A DNA stretch of 64,000 nt from Azolla caroliniana (taxonomy: Eukaryota; Plantae; Polypodiophyta). Both the position numbers and the translations under genes were made by a program. Shown here piece after piece: positions 12,362 through 26,818 of the stretch. The stretch is taken from positions 3,596,001 to 3,660,000 of the forward strand of contig JBHGNT010000007.1 of assembly GCA_043228905.1 (NCBI GenBank), in the 5' to 3' direction. How positions within the stretch are numbered: position 1 is the first letter of the stretch; each line of letters opens with the position of its first letter. The notes under the pieces were generated by a model. It saw nothing but the letters and a program-made list of their open reading frames with translations. It did not search any database and was not told the origin of the DNA.

Positions 12362-14485
12362 TATTTTTTAACTTAGTAACATTTATTTTAGCTTATTGTT
12401 CTCAAAGACTAGTGTCTAGACATAATATGTAAACTCTTGTTTGGTCTTAGGCCATTTTGGCCGCATAAAATATGTCAATATAATATCTCTCTCCTAATTA
12501 TAAGTTAGCAACTTCCATTGTATTATCAATAACATGTACTTAATTAAGCATGGAATCAAGGAAACTTAAATGAGTTGGTGATTTCTTGTTCCATTTGTTC
12601 TTCTATCGGGCACATGGGAAATCTGGTAGAATCTCTTGTTGTTTAAGTAACGAGTCTTTTCTTTACTATGTGATTATATCAAGTTTATATCATGGCATAA
12701 CTTGGAGCAAGCCACAAAATCTCCATGGAGTCTTGAAAATAAACTATTGAGTAACAACACCCCCTATCTTATGAATACATCACTTGGATCATGCATTCAA
12801 GTTCTACATACAACTATTAACAAACAAATTTGCCTTTTTCCAATCCCAAATTTGTGTAAGCTTCATTCTTGGCCCAAACGTTACGATAATGCAAGCAAAT
12901 ACATCGAATGCAATTAGGATGAACCTTTTCAACATGGTTATCCTCAAGAAGACAAGTGGGCAAATCTACACATAAACTATTAGATGGAAGGATATTGTGC
13001 GAGGATAAGTTATGACTAGAATCATAACGGTCAGTTATGGCTATGACAACTTCTCATTGGCAGAAACTTGACTCTATTGCCACCATTGAGTGTGGCCCAT
13101 TTTGGTATTGGTGGTCAAACACAACATAAATATATTAGCATCTGAATTGAGTCCCTTCTTGTTCAAGCACCCACATCTGACAATTTACCCTTTATATGAT
13201 AAAGAATTCATACCATGTGTACATCTTGCATGATCGTGCATGGTATACGTCTGATTTTTCATTTATCAATGTAATGTTGAAATGTGTTGCAAATACACAA
13301 GTCTTTATTGGACTAGTAGGTTAAGAATGAGTTCCCAAATCTCCTTTAGAAGGTTAAAAATACATGTTTAGGAATTCATTACAATGGAGTTGAGAAAGTT
13401 TGTAAATCAAAATTGAAGAGTAAACTTATAAAGAAAGACGCTTTTGTAAATCAAACCTTTACACAAGTCTTCATAACATTAAAAGGTTATAAACAAGTTT
13501 TCCTAAGCCTTCATTGCATTAGAGGATGGGTGTGGATAGACTCTCTTGTTAGGCCATTAATCTCTCAAGAAATGTGCAATGCCATAATATGAGGATTGTA
13601 ACATAGAATGATAGTGATTGTATTTGATAGTTTGAGAAAGGTATTTTGAATTTATCATATGATTTACCAATGCCTAGGCATCAAAGTTTTGATATTTCAT
13701 CATCTTTTTTATGCTAGTTAAATATTCAATGTTCATGACTAGCCCTCTCATTCATTGCCCTCGATTAAACACAGGAAAAGTTTGAATACTAGCATGGTCC
13801 TCTCAAAGAGCTCTTTTAAAGTTGAGACCCACCAATGGATGCACACAACAATATGAGTTGAGTTATGTCAGAGCGGGAGTTACTTTTCTTAAAATGCTTA
13901 GTATTTTGTCTGCACAATAATGTTGGTCCTAGGACATAGTTTTGACCTAAGAACTTGGTCCAGCATTTGACAGAGATGTTCAAAGAATTTGGAAAGCTGT
14001 CTCCAGGGAGCAATGAATCCTTAAACTCACAAAAACTTTGAAATTGACAGTTCAGAACATTAATATGCTCTAAAACAAGTCAAATAGTCCTACATGAATC
14101 TTACAATTTTGTTGCATTTTCTAATAATTCCCTGTTCGTTTTTCATGCATGAAAAGCTAACTTGGCTGATACGTGAAGAAATGTTTTCGCAATCACCACT
14201 TCAGAATTTACTTGATGAGAGACGTATATTCTATATCGCAATAAGTAAAAACAAGAGGAAAAGTCCAATCTTAGGCTATATTATGTAACAGATTATAGCA
14301 AATACATAATAACAAGTTACACCATTTTCAAGCATGCTATTTAGGAATGATCAAAATGTCCCCAATATAGCAATGATCAAAATCATGTGGTGACTGAGTC
14401 GTCCTCCATGCACAGGATACTCGAGAAACTTATGATATTTTGAGAAAAACAAAGATTTTAAACCTCATGTGGTGACTTTAAACCT

Positions 14486-17400
14486 CTAAGCTTCTGGTTG
14501 TAATTTTTCTGCTTCTTCACGGACAGATTGGAACAAAACTGTAGACAGATATCGCTCACCAAAACTGGGAAAAATAACCTGTCCATGAAAAATAAAATTT
14601 ATAAGAGAAGCTCATCCTATTTAGGAATAATCGATTATCCAGTCCACTTAACAGGCTGAGTGGCCAAATCACTCTCTTGACACAAACACCATACATCATC
14701 TATACATATATGAGTTTACTACTTACTACAATGAGCTTTCCAGCATTCTCTGGTCGTTTTGCAACACGAGTGGCAGCCACTGTAGCTGCTCCAGAGGAAA
14801 TGCCAACCTACATAAATGCAACAAAAAGATTTCTTAAATATAGTCATATCTTACGATTTGTAATGAAACAAAGGCTTTTTTATGTTTACCAACAAGCCTT
14901 CTTTAAGTGCAAGTTGTTTTGCCATTTCAATAGCTTCATTGCTAGAAACCTACAGAAAAAGTGAGGAAAATTCTTAGAAAGTTATCAGAATCAGATAGGT
15001 AGACATACAGAAACATGCATATTTTCATTTGAAACTGATAGACCAATGTTTCACCTGAATTAACCTTTCTAGAAATAAATCTCGTTTTCTCTTTTAAACT
15101 CACCTGTAAGACCTCATCAAGAATATCTACATCCAAAATGCCTGGAATAAAGCCTGCACCAATTCCCTGAATCTTATGCGCTCCTTCAATTTCATCAAAC
15201 AGTATTTGTCAGCAGAAGACAAGCATATGGAATAGATAATCCAAATTCATTTCTGCAATGGTTCTTCCACCTGGTTTTCCACCAGATAGAACGCTGCTCT
15301 CTGCTGGTTCCACGCCGATGATCTTTTTATTAACATAAGAAAAGGTCAATGGGCATATATATACTTGTGAAATTTGTGATATACTAATCCATAAACACTA
15401 TTATAACATTCACTATATACTCACTTTAATACTAGGTTTCTGACCCTTGAGGAAGCGGCCTGCCCCAGTTACTGTGCCACCTGTGCCTATACCAGAGATT
15501 AAGATATCAATTTTCCCAGCAGTGTCTTCCCATATCTCTGGCCCAGTTGTCTCAAAATGCACCTGGAGAATGTTTTCAAAATAATAAGGAATCTTGACAC
15601 AAGCTTTTCAAAACAAAAAGAAGCACATCATAACAAGTGGTAAACTTTAAATTCCCAAAACCGCCTTGGTCTACTCCCAAACGAGGATGAGAAAAAGTTG
15701 AGAAAAAAGCTATAATTGCTCCAATTGCTAATAGTATTGTTCCACCGTTTAGATGTGATTGGGGAATATAGAAAACAATCAAGAATATTTTGACGCTTTT
15801 CACACATCATAATAATAACCTTTGGATTTGCTGGATTTTCAAATTGCTGAAGCATGTATGCATTAGGCGTTTTGTTTAAAATCTCTTCTGCCTTCTGAAC
15901 AGCACCCTTCATGCCTCTTGCAGGGTCAGTAAGTACTAATTCTGCACCAAAAGCTTTGAGAAGCACTCTTCGCTCTAGACTCATTGATGCGGGCATTGTG
16001 AGGATCAACTTATAGCCTCTAGAAGCAGCGATGAAGGCCAAACCTATGCCCGTATTACCACTGGTAGGCTCAACTAAAATGCTCTGCAAAGATAAATAAC
16101 AAATGTTGTTTGGAACAATAAGTCAAGGTTATCCCTCCCATTATTTTCCATAACCTTCCCTTTCATCTTTACTGAGTAATACCTACTAACCTTTCCAGGG
16201 GTAATCAGTCCCTTTGATTCTGCATCATCAATCATACTTTTCCCAATCCTGCAAGCCAAGAGTAAGAATTAAAAGAGAACAATTGCAATACAAGCAAATA
16301 CTGTGGTTCAATTAGGACCTGTCTTTCACACTAGAGCAGGGTTCCATAGACTCAAGCTTAGCTGCGATAAAGCCACCACATCCTTCTGTCACTTTGTTCA
16401 GGTAGACCATAGGAGTCTTACCTATTAACTGCACACAGAACCCAGATAGTCCAATAATGCTCTTGAGATACAGTGAAGGTAAATTTAAAAGATCTGCATT
16501 AAAATTTAATAATGCACACGTAGAAATGGGGAGCAGAAATTAATTCATATCCAAATTTCATTAGCATAACATTCATTCAAATATGTAATTTATTTAATCA
16601 CAATTCAACAAAAGATTTTACAAAAATATGATTTGTTATAGCAGTCATATTTCTGTAGAGTCTCTACCTTACAAGGTCCTCAATACACAAGGTCTACATG
16701 TGATGGAGCACTCTTACAGATATGTATTTACATTCAAATGAACATTCTCTTGACCTTATTTTTGTGTGCATGTTTCAGGAAGGTTAGCTTTGCAAGATTT
16801 GGATTGCACCGTTGAGAGTGCAGCCAATGGATCTTTCTCAATCAATACGTCAAAAACACATATAAAATTTTAAATTCCCGACCGTGGAACTTGTGGCCTT
16901 CAATTGTCGCCTAAGACAACTGCATATTGCCTGTTCAAATTTTGCCTGCTTTCAAATCTCATACAGAATATTTGTGTCTTAAAATGTAATTCCTGCTGTC
17001 CATGGATTTGGAGGCACATAACTATCAATATTGTCAAAATGACACCGTTGAGAGTGCAGCCAATGGATCTTTCTCATGAAGATCAGCAATATAAAATGTT
17101 GATTTGCATGCCCTCCACTTAAGAAAACTTCTAATAAGAGAAACATGGGGCGAGTTGTGCTGATGGCTAATTCATTTCGCATATAAGTCTAGCACAGCTG
17201 ACAAAATAAACCATAATCTAAATGGAAATTGCAGATTTGGATAGCTTGCGAATACGAAAGTAAGGAGCACATCAAGAAAAGCAATTTTAAATAGCGAATC
17301 CATTAATTTTCGCAATGAGAGCAATGTTATTTCAGAAACATCTATGAGCGTGAAATCAATCTATCCTTGCAACAAGAGAGAGATAGAGAGACGATGGTTA

Positions 17401-18084
17401 GACTTGAATTACCTAAGGAAAACCTTCGAATGCAATTAATCTACTTTTTTTTAAAACAAAATCATTTCCAAAGCACCTTTCAGACTGCAAGAAATCTATC
17501 TTTTGAGCATTATATTTCTTCAAAGTGCCATTGTAAGTTCAATCATCTGATCATTTCAGAAAATTATTGCTTTGGAAAAACATTTGAGAGTGAATTCAAT
17601 GGATACTTTGAGACTAAAATACTTTGGAAACGCCTTTGATAGTAGGATCGATAAAAATTTTGAGAAAACATACCTCGAGAAAATGCCTAAATGATACTTT
17701 AAGAACAATAGCATTTCAAATGGAAATCGATCAATTTTATTTCCTACCAACCTTAGTTGCCAAGGAACTTTACGAGTAGTACTGAAATCAAAGAACAAAA
17801 TTGACTTCAGAAACAGGACGAAGGAATGGAACCTGAGTGACATCTTCAGCAATGTTGACGGTTTCCAGGGCGGTTTCGGATCCAGAAACGTCCAAAGAAA
17901 CGGCACATCGAATGGAGGAAGACGGGGATCGATCTGATCGAGACAGAAGAAGAGGACGAGAGAGCTCATGAGAGCTTGAGAAACTCGCAGAACGGGGGCA
18001 TAAAAGCGAAGAAGAAGAAGAAGAAGAAGTTGAAGTTGAAGAAAGATAAGGAAGCTTGAAGAAGCAAGAAGAAACGGCAGCCAT
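14486..18084 (-). CDS. cysK: Cysteine synthase / O-acetylserine(thiol)lyase, organellar (probably plastid) isoform, 10 exons, ~395 aa
   Basis: Exons 18084-17833, 16428-16319, 16248-16191, 16083-15820, 15562-15425, 15322-15271, 15183-15104, 14949-14890, 14807-14727, 14578-14486, all GT-AG and in frame (1188 nt). Motifs [18 protein letters not shown] (PLP lysine), [33 protein letters not shown]; Ser-rich N-terminal transit peptide. Confidence 0.96.
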
Positions 18085-18994
18085 TACTTCTGAGACGCAG
18101 CTCCTATCCGTCTGTCTCCTTCCTTCTCTTCCTCTCAAACTTTACCCTAACCTGCGCAATTCTACTACGTACAGACAAATCGCGATGGTCTTCTTTCCCT
18201 TTTCTCTTCCCTTTCTTCTTTCATCTCCTCTTTCTTTCCTTATAGCGGCTCTGAAATTGGCCACATACATAGTTCTGCTTATATTTATCCGAATTTACAA
18301 AACTATGCTTCTCTTATGTGTATAGTATATACACCGGTACACTCTCTCTCTTTGCATGTTTTAGTCCTAATTAAGATTAAGCCCTAATTAGCATATCGTA
18401 AGAATGAACATTAGCAGGACATTCTTCTAATCACTCCGATTATTTCTGTGATTTCTCTGTGTGTGTGTGTGTGTGTGTGCATGTTTTGGTCCTAATTAAG
18501 AGAATGCCCTGATTGACACATCAGAAGCATGAAGATTAGCGAGACTCGCTTCTAATCACTCCAATTAGATGCAGACCTCTTGATCGCCTGAATTAAGAGG
18601 TGCTAGAATTCCTAATGCGAGTCTCCATCTTGTGATTAAGAGATTCCTTGTTTATATTTATGAGGCATCTGGAAGTTTCCCAAATTTCTTGTGATTTGCC
18701 ATTTTTTTCTTCCTATGTCTTGTGTTGAGGATTTCCAAGGAATGAATGTCAACATTGATCCAAGCCACTAGTTTACCGTATACACAATGAGTAATCCAAC
18801 CAAAGTTGACAACCATCCAACTTCCTTTGCTAGCAAACGAAAACTTTTATAGCGGTCCCATGTAAAGGAATTAAATAACCATTGGTCCTCCACATCATTA
18901 TTCGCTATAGCTATCGATAGGATAATAGACATTAGTGATGGGTATCTTTTCCTTTCCGGGTAGGGCATACCTGAAGGAGGAAAAGCTCGTGAAA

Positions 18995-19035
<41 letters not shown>

Positions 19036-19519
19036 TTGAACCTAGTCTATAAACTTAGACATTCCAAATTTGAGCAAAAAACCCAAAAAGCGTCAAAATT
19101 GGAGTAATCACATGCAAACGTGGAGAATTTACTTTGAAATGGATAAAAAAAGAGCAATTTGCCCACAAATTTGAGGGTGCAAGTCCATGTTTTAATATTG
19201 TGGTGTGCATGTGTTCTTTGTGATAAAAAAGATCAATCGCTCTTGTGGACTGAGGACCACCTGGACTTGGTTGAGGTGGGGGACAGGAGGGCTATCGTGT
19301 CAAAGGGGGATCGGGGAAACTCGTGGGACAAGAAGTTAGTGGGCAACCTAAGGTGAGGGGGAAGAGGTGGATGCTTGGACGTGGGGGGACTGGTACCCCG
19401 CTTCTCCACCAATATGTGAAATGCACATAAGAGATCAAAACCAACCTAGTTAGCTTCTTACATACTCAATTTATAGTTCATACAAAGGTACCCATTTGGG
19501 TTGACTTAGCTAAAAAGGG

Positions 19520-19818
19520 TGTTGAGAATCAAGCTCAACTTGGTCTAGTGTGTGAACTCACCTTGAGAGTGAATAGACACTCCAACGATCAAGAGTCGCC
19601 ATTAAGTCACCTCTTTGTATTCTAGCATTTAGTATGAGTCATAGAATCATATTCTATGACACATAACTTATGAGCTTTCACATTCCCCATGCTCCATGAG
19701 CCTTGTAGTTAATGAAGAGAGCGGGTGACTACATAAAGCACCCTCCTCCCACCTTGTATAGTGTTGAGTCTTTCTCCTTTGTCAATATACTTTTACCTTG
19801 CGTATTCTTTGTGTTTAA

Positions 19819-19856
<38 letters not shown>

Positions 19857-22800
19857 CACACACATAACGCACATCTCTTCCGCTTCACAAGAATCCATGT
19901 CTTGATTCTTTACATGGTATAAGAGCGATTTGGTAGCTCGATCTAGCCCATTCACCTCATTGTGATCGTGTGTTGTGCTCCACGCCGATGACCAAGAACC
20001 GGCTCATCGCTATCGTAGCTTCGCTACATAGCACGCATTCGAAGAGAGAAGAAGGAGAAGAAGAAGAATCGACACAATGAATACTCAAATGGGGAGCGCT
20101 CTCCCTACCGAGAAGTTGGATCGAAACAACTTTGCATCTTGGGAGTACAAGATGCACCAATACCTTGTCGGACAAGGCTATTGAGCTACATCAAAGGAGC
20201 GCATGAAGATCGACCCGCCGAAGCGGTGTCGTGAAGAAAACCGTCCAGAGGTGGAATTGGGGCACCAAGGCGTGGAACCGGCTCTTCACGCACGTGCGCG
20301 CCAAGTTGTACATAGAGGCGAATTAGGTACCTAGGGGGGGGGGCGTCGAAGCGGTTAGAGACGGTAGGTAGAAATTTAATGCGGAACGGCTCCTTCTGGA
20401 CCTATAAAAGGAGGAGGACGAGGAAGAAGAAAGGATCGCGCGCAGAGAGGACGAAGTGCTGTCGGCGGATTTTGGACGCTTCCCTCTCTGTTCTCCCTCC
20501 CCTTTTGTTCCATAGGTTTTCCTGTGCAGGGTTTCGAGGAGGCTCGCGCTGTTTCGAGGAACGCCCGAGAGCTTCCGGCAGCACCTCCGACCTGCTCCCT
20601 TTTGTGCTTCGCAGCGAACAGGCACCGACATCTGTTCGCCGGCCTGTTCGAGTGTAACCGTCCCGTGCCCCATCGCGGGTTGTAGCCTCTTGATCGGATA
20701 TTTGCTCATATATATATTTACATATTCATTTGATCGCGTCTACCTGTGTCGGCGTCTATTCGCGTTCTCTGTGTTGAAGGGCCGTGTCCCTGCGTATCCC
20801 CGGTCCTGCGTAACCGGTCCTCTTCTCTTTCTCCACCCTCGCTTGCTCTTCGGTTCAAGACCCCCGCGGTCCCGTCTCGTTTCTATACGCACTTGCGAAA
20901 TAACGCGACAGCGGCTCCTGGATACGCGACATGGGAGCAAGCCGCAAGCCGCAAGCCGCGTGATGTATTGTTTGGCGACATGTGTTCACGACCACATGCT
21001 CGGTTACATTCGCGAAGCCAAGACGCCGAAGGAAGCGTGGGAAAATCTACGAAAGATTTTCGCCGCCAACACAACCGCGAGGAAGCTTCAACTCTGCCAA
21101 GAGTTGAACAACATTCAACAAAGGGACATGTCCATCACGACATACACCTTGAAGATCAAGGAGCTTTGCGATTCGCTTGGCTCAATAAGCGTAAATATCG
21201 ATGATGATGAGATGGTTCAAATATGCCTCGGCGGCCTCGCACCACGGTTCGGCGCGATGCGAACCGCCGTTCTAGCACGGGAGAAATCTCCCTCTTTTTT
21301 CGAGCTCCAATCAATGCTATTGGTCGAAGAAAACCACGTGCGTACAATGAGCAATGAGTCAGAAGGCCACATGCTCTACACGCAATCAAACGGAGGAAGA
21401 GGACGCGGACGAGCGAGAGGCCGATTCGGCCAAGGACAAGGCGGACGAGGTCCGACCTACGACAACATCTCCAAATTTCGGTCGCAAAAAGGAAGCCAAC
21501 GAGGAACCTTCGCAAGAAGGGGGAGCTTCCACTCCGGCCCGAGCCGTCAAAACGCAACCGAATGCGGATATTGCAGAAAGCTCGGCCACCACGAAGAAGA
21601 GTGCCGAAAGAAGATGCGTGAATCGGCTTCCACAAGCCGACAACTCACAAATTACATGCACAATTCCAACTACGAAGATCGTGGCAGAATGTATGCACAC
21701 AACTTCGACCGTGGCGGAACGTACAGGCACAACTCCGACTATGAAGATTGTAGCGGAATGTATGCACACAACTTCGACCGTAGCGGAATGTTCATGATGA
21801 ACCATAGAGCAAACTCTATGTCGGCCGCTACCTCAACTAGTGCCTCCGGTCTGGAAGACGTATGGTTCGTTGATTTCGGTGCCTCGAACCATATGACATC
21901 GCATCAAGAATGGTTCCGAGAACTTCGAGAGCCGGACCGACCCGGCTATGTCGAAACTGGAGACGACACTACGCACCCGATTCGGCACATCGGCAATGTT
22001 TTGTTCGGAAAAGAAGGTAAGCAAAATTACATTAAAAATGTCTTGCATGTACCGACCATTACGAAGAGTTTGGTCTCCGTCGGTCAAATTGTAGAGCAAG
22101 GGATACAAGTTTGATTTAATCAAGGCGGTTGCTTCATCGAAAAAGAGGGCCGACTCATCGCACGAGGACGAAGAGAGGGCCGAATGTTCATTCTCGATTC
22201 ACGCGAGATGAAATCCGCCATGTTCGCGAAAAACACGAAAGCCGACTCCGACATAGAGCTATGGCACAAGCGAATCGGCCACATCAACCTCAACAAACTC
22301 AAAGCAATGAAATCGAAAGGAGTCGTCATCGGACTCCCGACATTCAAAGAGAAGGAGATTGAAGGTGTATGCGAAGCGTGCCAATTTGGCAAGCAACACC
22401 GACACCCATTCCCGAAAGAGTGGAATGTGAGCAAAGGTCTACTCGATGTAGTCCATTCCGACGTATGGGGACCGGCGCAAACGGCTACATTCGGCGGATG
22501 CTGATATTACGTGCTTTTCATCGACGACTTCTCTAGGCACACTTGGATCTACCCGATGCGGCAAAAGAGCGAAGTGTTCGGACACTTCCAAAATTTCAAG
22601 AATGAAGTCGAGAAAGCCACGGGCCGACATGTACGTTGTCTTCGATTGGATGGCGGCAAGGAGTACTTCTCAGACAACTTCACGGCGTATCTCCGAAAGG
22701 AAGGAATTCGGCGAGAATTGACTTGCCGACACACTTCGCAACAAAACGGGGTAGTCAAGCGCAAAAATCAGCACATCCTCGAAGTAGCGCAGGCCATGAT

Positions 22801-22870
22801 GAACGAGAAGCATATGCCCAAGTCATATTGGGCCGAAGCTGCAAATACGGCCGTCTACCTAATGAACCGG
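19520..22870 (+). mobile_element. Ty1/copia retrotransposon A, 5' part (LTR 19520-19914, PBS, gag-PR-INT), truncated by a gypsy insertion
   Basis: TG...CA LTR followed by tRNA-Met-type PBS TGGTATAAGAGC; gag zinc knuckle CGYCRKLGHHEEEC, protease WFVDFGASNHM, GAG-pre-integrase WHKRIGH, integrase HSDVWGP/IDDFSR; internal stops. Confidence 0.92.
20227..20910 (+). mobile_element. Solo LTR of a gypsy family inserted in copia A gag
   Basis: TGTCGTGAAG...ACGCGACA termini; 4-bp TSD GCGG (20223-20226, 20911-20914); host frame RPAEA|APGYATW restored on removal; related to LTR 22871-23448. Confidence 0.88.
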
Positions 22871-24540
22871 TGTCGTGAAGAAAACCGTCCCTTGGCGAGT
22901 ACGAAGGTATATCCGGGGGTAGTTAGATTCGGTAGGTAGGAAGTAAAGGAGGGAGACGGCTCCCTTCTTAATGCTATAAAGGAGAGGGAGACGCAGGGAG
23001 AAAGGGGCGCGCATTTAGGAGGACGAAGTGCTGTCGGACCGGAACCGAACGCTTCTCCTCTGTCTGTTCTCTGTTGTTCTTCTCTGCAGGTTTCGGGAGG
23101 CTCGCGCTGCTTCGAGGAATGCCCGTGTGCTTCCGGCAGCACCTCCATCCTATCCCCATTTCGTGCGCAGACGAACATGCATCAGCATCTGTTCGCCGGC
23201 CTGTTCGGTTGTAGCCGCTCGCGTGTTTTGATGTGTACTTGTTATTCGTTAATTTACAAACACTTGTGTCTCCCTGTCTCTGTGTCCATTCGCGTCCTCT
23301 GTGTTGACGGGCCACGCCCCTGTGTTTCTTTGCTCATACGTGACCGGGCGTCTCTCTCCTTCTCTTTCCCCTTCTATCACCTGCTCTTCGGTTCAAGACC
23401 CCGGTGGTCCCGCCTCGTTTTCCCATGCACGCGCGTAGTAACGCGACATCTTTGGTGAACCCGACGTGAAGCAGGCGGCAGAGGAGTAGAAGATGAGGGG
23501 GTCGAATCTTGCAGAGGCCATGGCTTCGGCCGTGGACCGGATAGTGAGCGCGCGTGAGGGCACCGACGCCCTTGACAGGGCTATTGAGGTGATCGTCGGT
23601 ATGATCGGCCGGTTCAGTGGAAAGGATGCCACGAGTTATTTGGCGTCCTACCGGGCGGAGATGTTGATGAGGGATATTCCGGAAGAGAGGCGTCTTGCCG
23701 GATTCCCTCGAGTGGCGATGCCGGGCATCCATGCGGAGGTGCTCGAGGTCCGGGCGGAGAGCCGGACCTGGGAAGTGTTCAAAGGACGGCTCCTGGAGAA
23801 ATACGGGCTGGATGACGCGCTTCGACTTTCGAAGCAGAGCTTCATGGAATGGGTGGAGTCCCCCAACAAAGGAAGAAATGCGTTGGTACTCCTCTGGGAG
23901 TTTGAGGAACGCTTTGCGTGCCTTTCGGCGCTCGATCGGACTGTTCTGGACACAAGTCGTGTCCTATTGTTTGTCAAGTCGGTTGACACACGGGATCGGG
24001 GGCAAGTTGGCTCCTTACTGGAAACCGAAGACGGGCTGACGACCGACTGGGCCGCAGTAAAGAGAGTCTGCGGCCGTTTTGACAAACGGTGGGAGTGGGC
24101 TGATACAGAGGCGACCGGGACGGGACCTGTCGTAGCAAGGAAGCTCGAACCGATACCGCAGGTACGAAGGGAAGAGACCCGGGAGTGGCTCGAAACCGGT
24201 TCGTCTTCGACCGGCGTGATCAGAGGCTCGTCCGGGGGAACAGCTCTGGAGGAGTTGACACGAGCGGTAAAGGATCTCCAGATCGCCCAGGCTCGGAGGG
24301 AAGGCGGCGATGATGAGTTCGGCTACCGAGTGTGGGACCTGGTCGACAAGAAGGTATTCCGGAGTCGAGATATTATCTTCATGGAGGACAAGACGCTCGC
24401 CGACTGGGAGTCGGAGAAGAAGATAATGAACTCCGAGTCGACCGGTAAGGATCGATTCTACGATGAGCAGACCCAACCGGCAAGAGACCGGTTAGCACTC
24501 GAGGAACGACGGCAATCGCGGCAAGTGAAGAAGAGTTGAT
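22871..24540 (+). mobile_element. Ty3/gypsy 5' fragment: LTR 22871-23448, tRNA-Trp PBS, gag ORF 23493-24539 containing a copia integrase fragment
   Basis: PBS TGGTGAACCCGACGTGA; gag (GRFSGKDATSYL, LLETEDGLTTDW) homologous to 59991-60794; segment DEFGYRVWDLVDKKVFRSRDIIFMED is a copia integrase C-terminus. Confidence 0.82.
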
Positions 24541-24969
24541 GCTCATATATAGTGAGGAAAAGAAAAGTCGACTCATATAGACAAGCTTTTTTTAGGGGGA
24601 AAAGGCAAGCAATCCTAAACCTATAAATAAGAGCCTATTTTAGTGAAGAAGGGGGGGAGGGAGAAGGAACACGGAAGCTCTACTCAATTGGAAAGTGGAA
24701 GAAGAAGGATCAACAACATTGAGAGGCATCATCAACAAAGATACTCCTTCTATGCTCCACTCTCTTCTTTCCTCCACCTCTCTTCCCCCATTCATTTATA
24801 AACAATCCTTCATATTCGTATCCAACCCATTGTAACATGATTCTTATATTATAAAAGAATCTATTATATTGATATAAACTAATGTTTTCTTTCATCTACT
24901 TGTCTTATGTGTAAATCTTGATTGTGCTTATTTATTATCATCATTTGTGCGTATTTGTTTGTGTGTCTT

Positions 24970-25500
24970 GTGACAAGGGAGCGTTTCGGGCTTGCCCATG
25001 CACCTCTCCTTTCACAAAGGCGTTCGAAATTGTGTCTCCCGTGTGTAAACCTTGCTTGTGTGTTCGTGCGACTTGTGGCAAGGGAGCATTCGAGCTTTCC
25101 CATGCACCTCTCCTTTCACAAAGGCGTTCGAAATTGTGTCTCCCGTGTGTAAACCTTGCTTGTGTGCTTGTGCGACTTGTGGCAAGGGAGCGTTCAAGCT
25201 TGCCCATGCACCTCTCCTTTCACAAAGACGTTTGAAATTGTTTCTCCCATGTGTAAACCTTGCTTGTGTGTTCGTGCGACTTGTGGCAAGGGAGCATTCG
25301 GGCTTGCCTTCTCTTTTCACAAAGGCATTTGAAACTCTGTCTCTTGTGTGTGTAAGTAAGCCTTTTCCTTGTGTGTCCGTGTGTAAGCATTCCTCACGTG
25401 CCTTCGTTCGCCTTGTGACTAGGGGTTGATTCGGGTTTGCCCATGCACCTCTCCTTTTCACAAACACGTTCAAATACTCGTGCCTTGTTTGTGTAAGCCT
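24970..25500. repeat. ~104-bp tandem repeat (3 good copies plus degenerate ones) within a gypsy LTR remnant ending at 25595
   Basis: CAAGGGAGC recurs at 24974, 25079, 25183 and 25287; the end 25540-25595 is the reverse complement of the LTR terminus at 60856. Confidence 0.8.
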
Positions 25501-25595
25501 TCCTTGTGTTGTGCGTGTAAGCCCAATTTCCTTCCCGTCCATAACCCCGGCGGTTCCTCCTCACAATCTGCACATAGTGACAAATTTTCACGACA

Positions 25596-26347
25596 GCGGC
25601 ATCTATTTCGCTGTTGAATCGAGGGTAGGAGAAAGCCATTACAGACGCTATGGTGGCAGTCAGCAGGGGAAGACCACGACTTCTGTGTGGTGACAGAGCT
25701 TCCTGCTTGACGTCGCGTTGTTCGGTGAGCGTGGGGTCGACCTTGTAGTCCTGAAAGGAAATTTTGTGGTTGCTGAGGTGAGGTTTTTGCTTTGCATGCT
25801 CTTCTGTCTGGCGTATGATAGACCTCGTCAGTGGTCGATCTTGTCGAGTCGGTTCTCTAGTTCGTCTACGGCTAGACATCCATCGCTTGCTGCTCGTCTG
25901 CGAGAAATCACAGATCACCAGGCGTGCCAAAAGTGTTGTCGGCGTACTGTCGACTAGAACACTATCTACCCACAGTCCTTCGGGGTAGGCATCAAGGGGT
26001 TGCGTTACAAGGGATAGAGAGGCGTACTACGTACATCCGTACCTCACTTGTTACTGAATGGTACGAATCTACAGGGCGTGAAGGTTATCGGCTACAACCG
26101 AAGGAACGATGTGTAACTACGCTAACACGCTTAACCTTACGTTTCCAGTTATGCACTTCTTAACAGAGTATAACCCTCACTAATTATCACACTGGCACTT
26201 ACACAGTAGATTAGGGGAGATAGTACTATATTAGAAAAGAACTCTCAAAACAACGCTAACCCTTTACACAGGATTTCTGCCCTTTATATACACAAGGCGT
26301 CTCGTCGGTTATGCTCCTCGCGTGAACCGTTACATTCGTTTCTTACA
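25596..26347 (-). mobile_element. Remnant of another LTR retrotransposon (LTR end at 25934, PBS-like TGGCACGCC, gag start MAFSYPRFNSE)
   Basis: On the minus strand ...CAACA is followed by CTTT-TGGCACGCCTGGTGA and then a gag-like start; the outer LTR boundary is uncertain. Confidence 0.45.
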
Positions 26348-26818
26348 ATATTTTAATTTATCCCACATTATGTCCGATGGACAATAGTATACATATGCAC
26401 ATAGATGATGTATCAAGGAATATTATCATCCCCAAAGGTCAAATATGTCTAATGGGATTACAAAGAAACAATTTGATGTAGCACTACATAGCTTCCTAAT
26501 AAGTCATTTGTGTTTATCATACTTTGAAGCTTGCTCTTGTTGGCATAAAAGGCTGACTCCTTCCAAATTGTATCCTTCCGAGTGTGAACTCGTTAATAAG
26601 TTAGGTCTTAGTATATAAGCGAATACTTAACATTGTAATGAGTGATGACGAGCAGAGTATTGTATCTCTGAGAAAGAATGAAGTAATAAGAAGCTTTCCA
26701 TTAAAGCTCCATCTGTGTAAGTCTCCACGCATATTCTATTTTCTGTATGTGTTGTTTGCTATCCAGTACCGGCTACAGATCCATACACGTTTCCGCACAT
26801 AGCACTCGTACCCACAAC

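Noticed and set aside
24879-25542. Cys-rich overlapping ORFs
   Set aside because: Translations of the 104-bp tandem repeat in an LTR remnant
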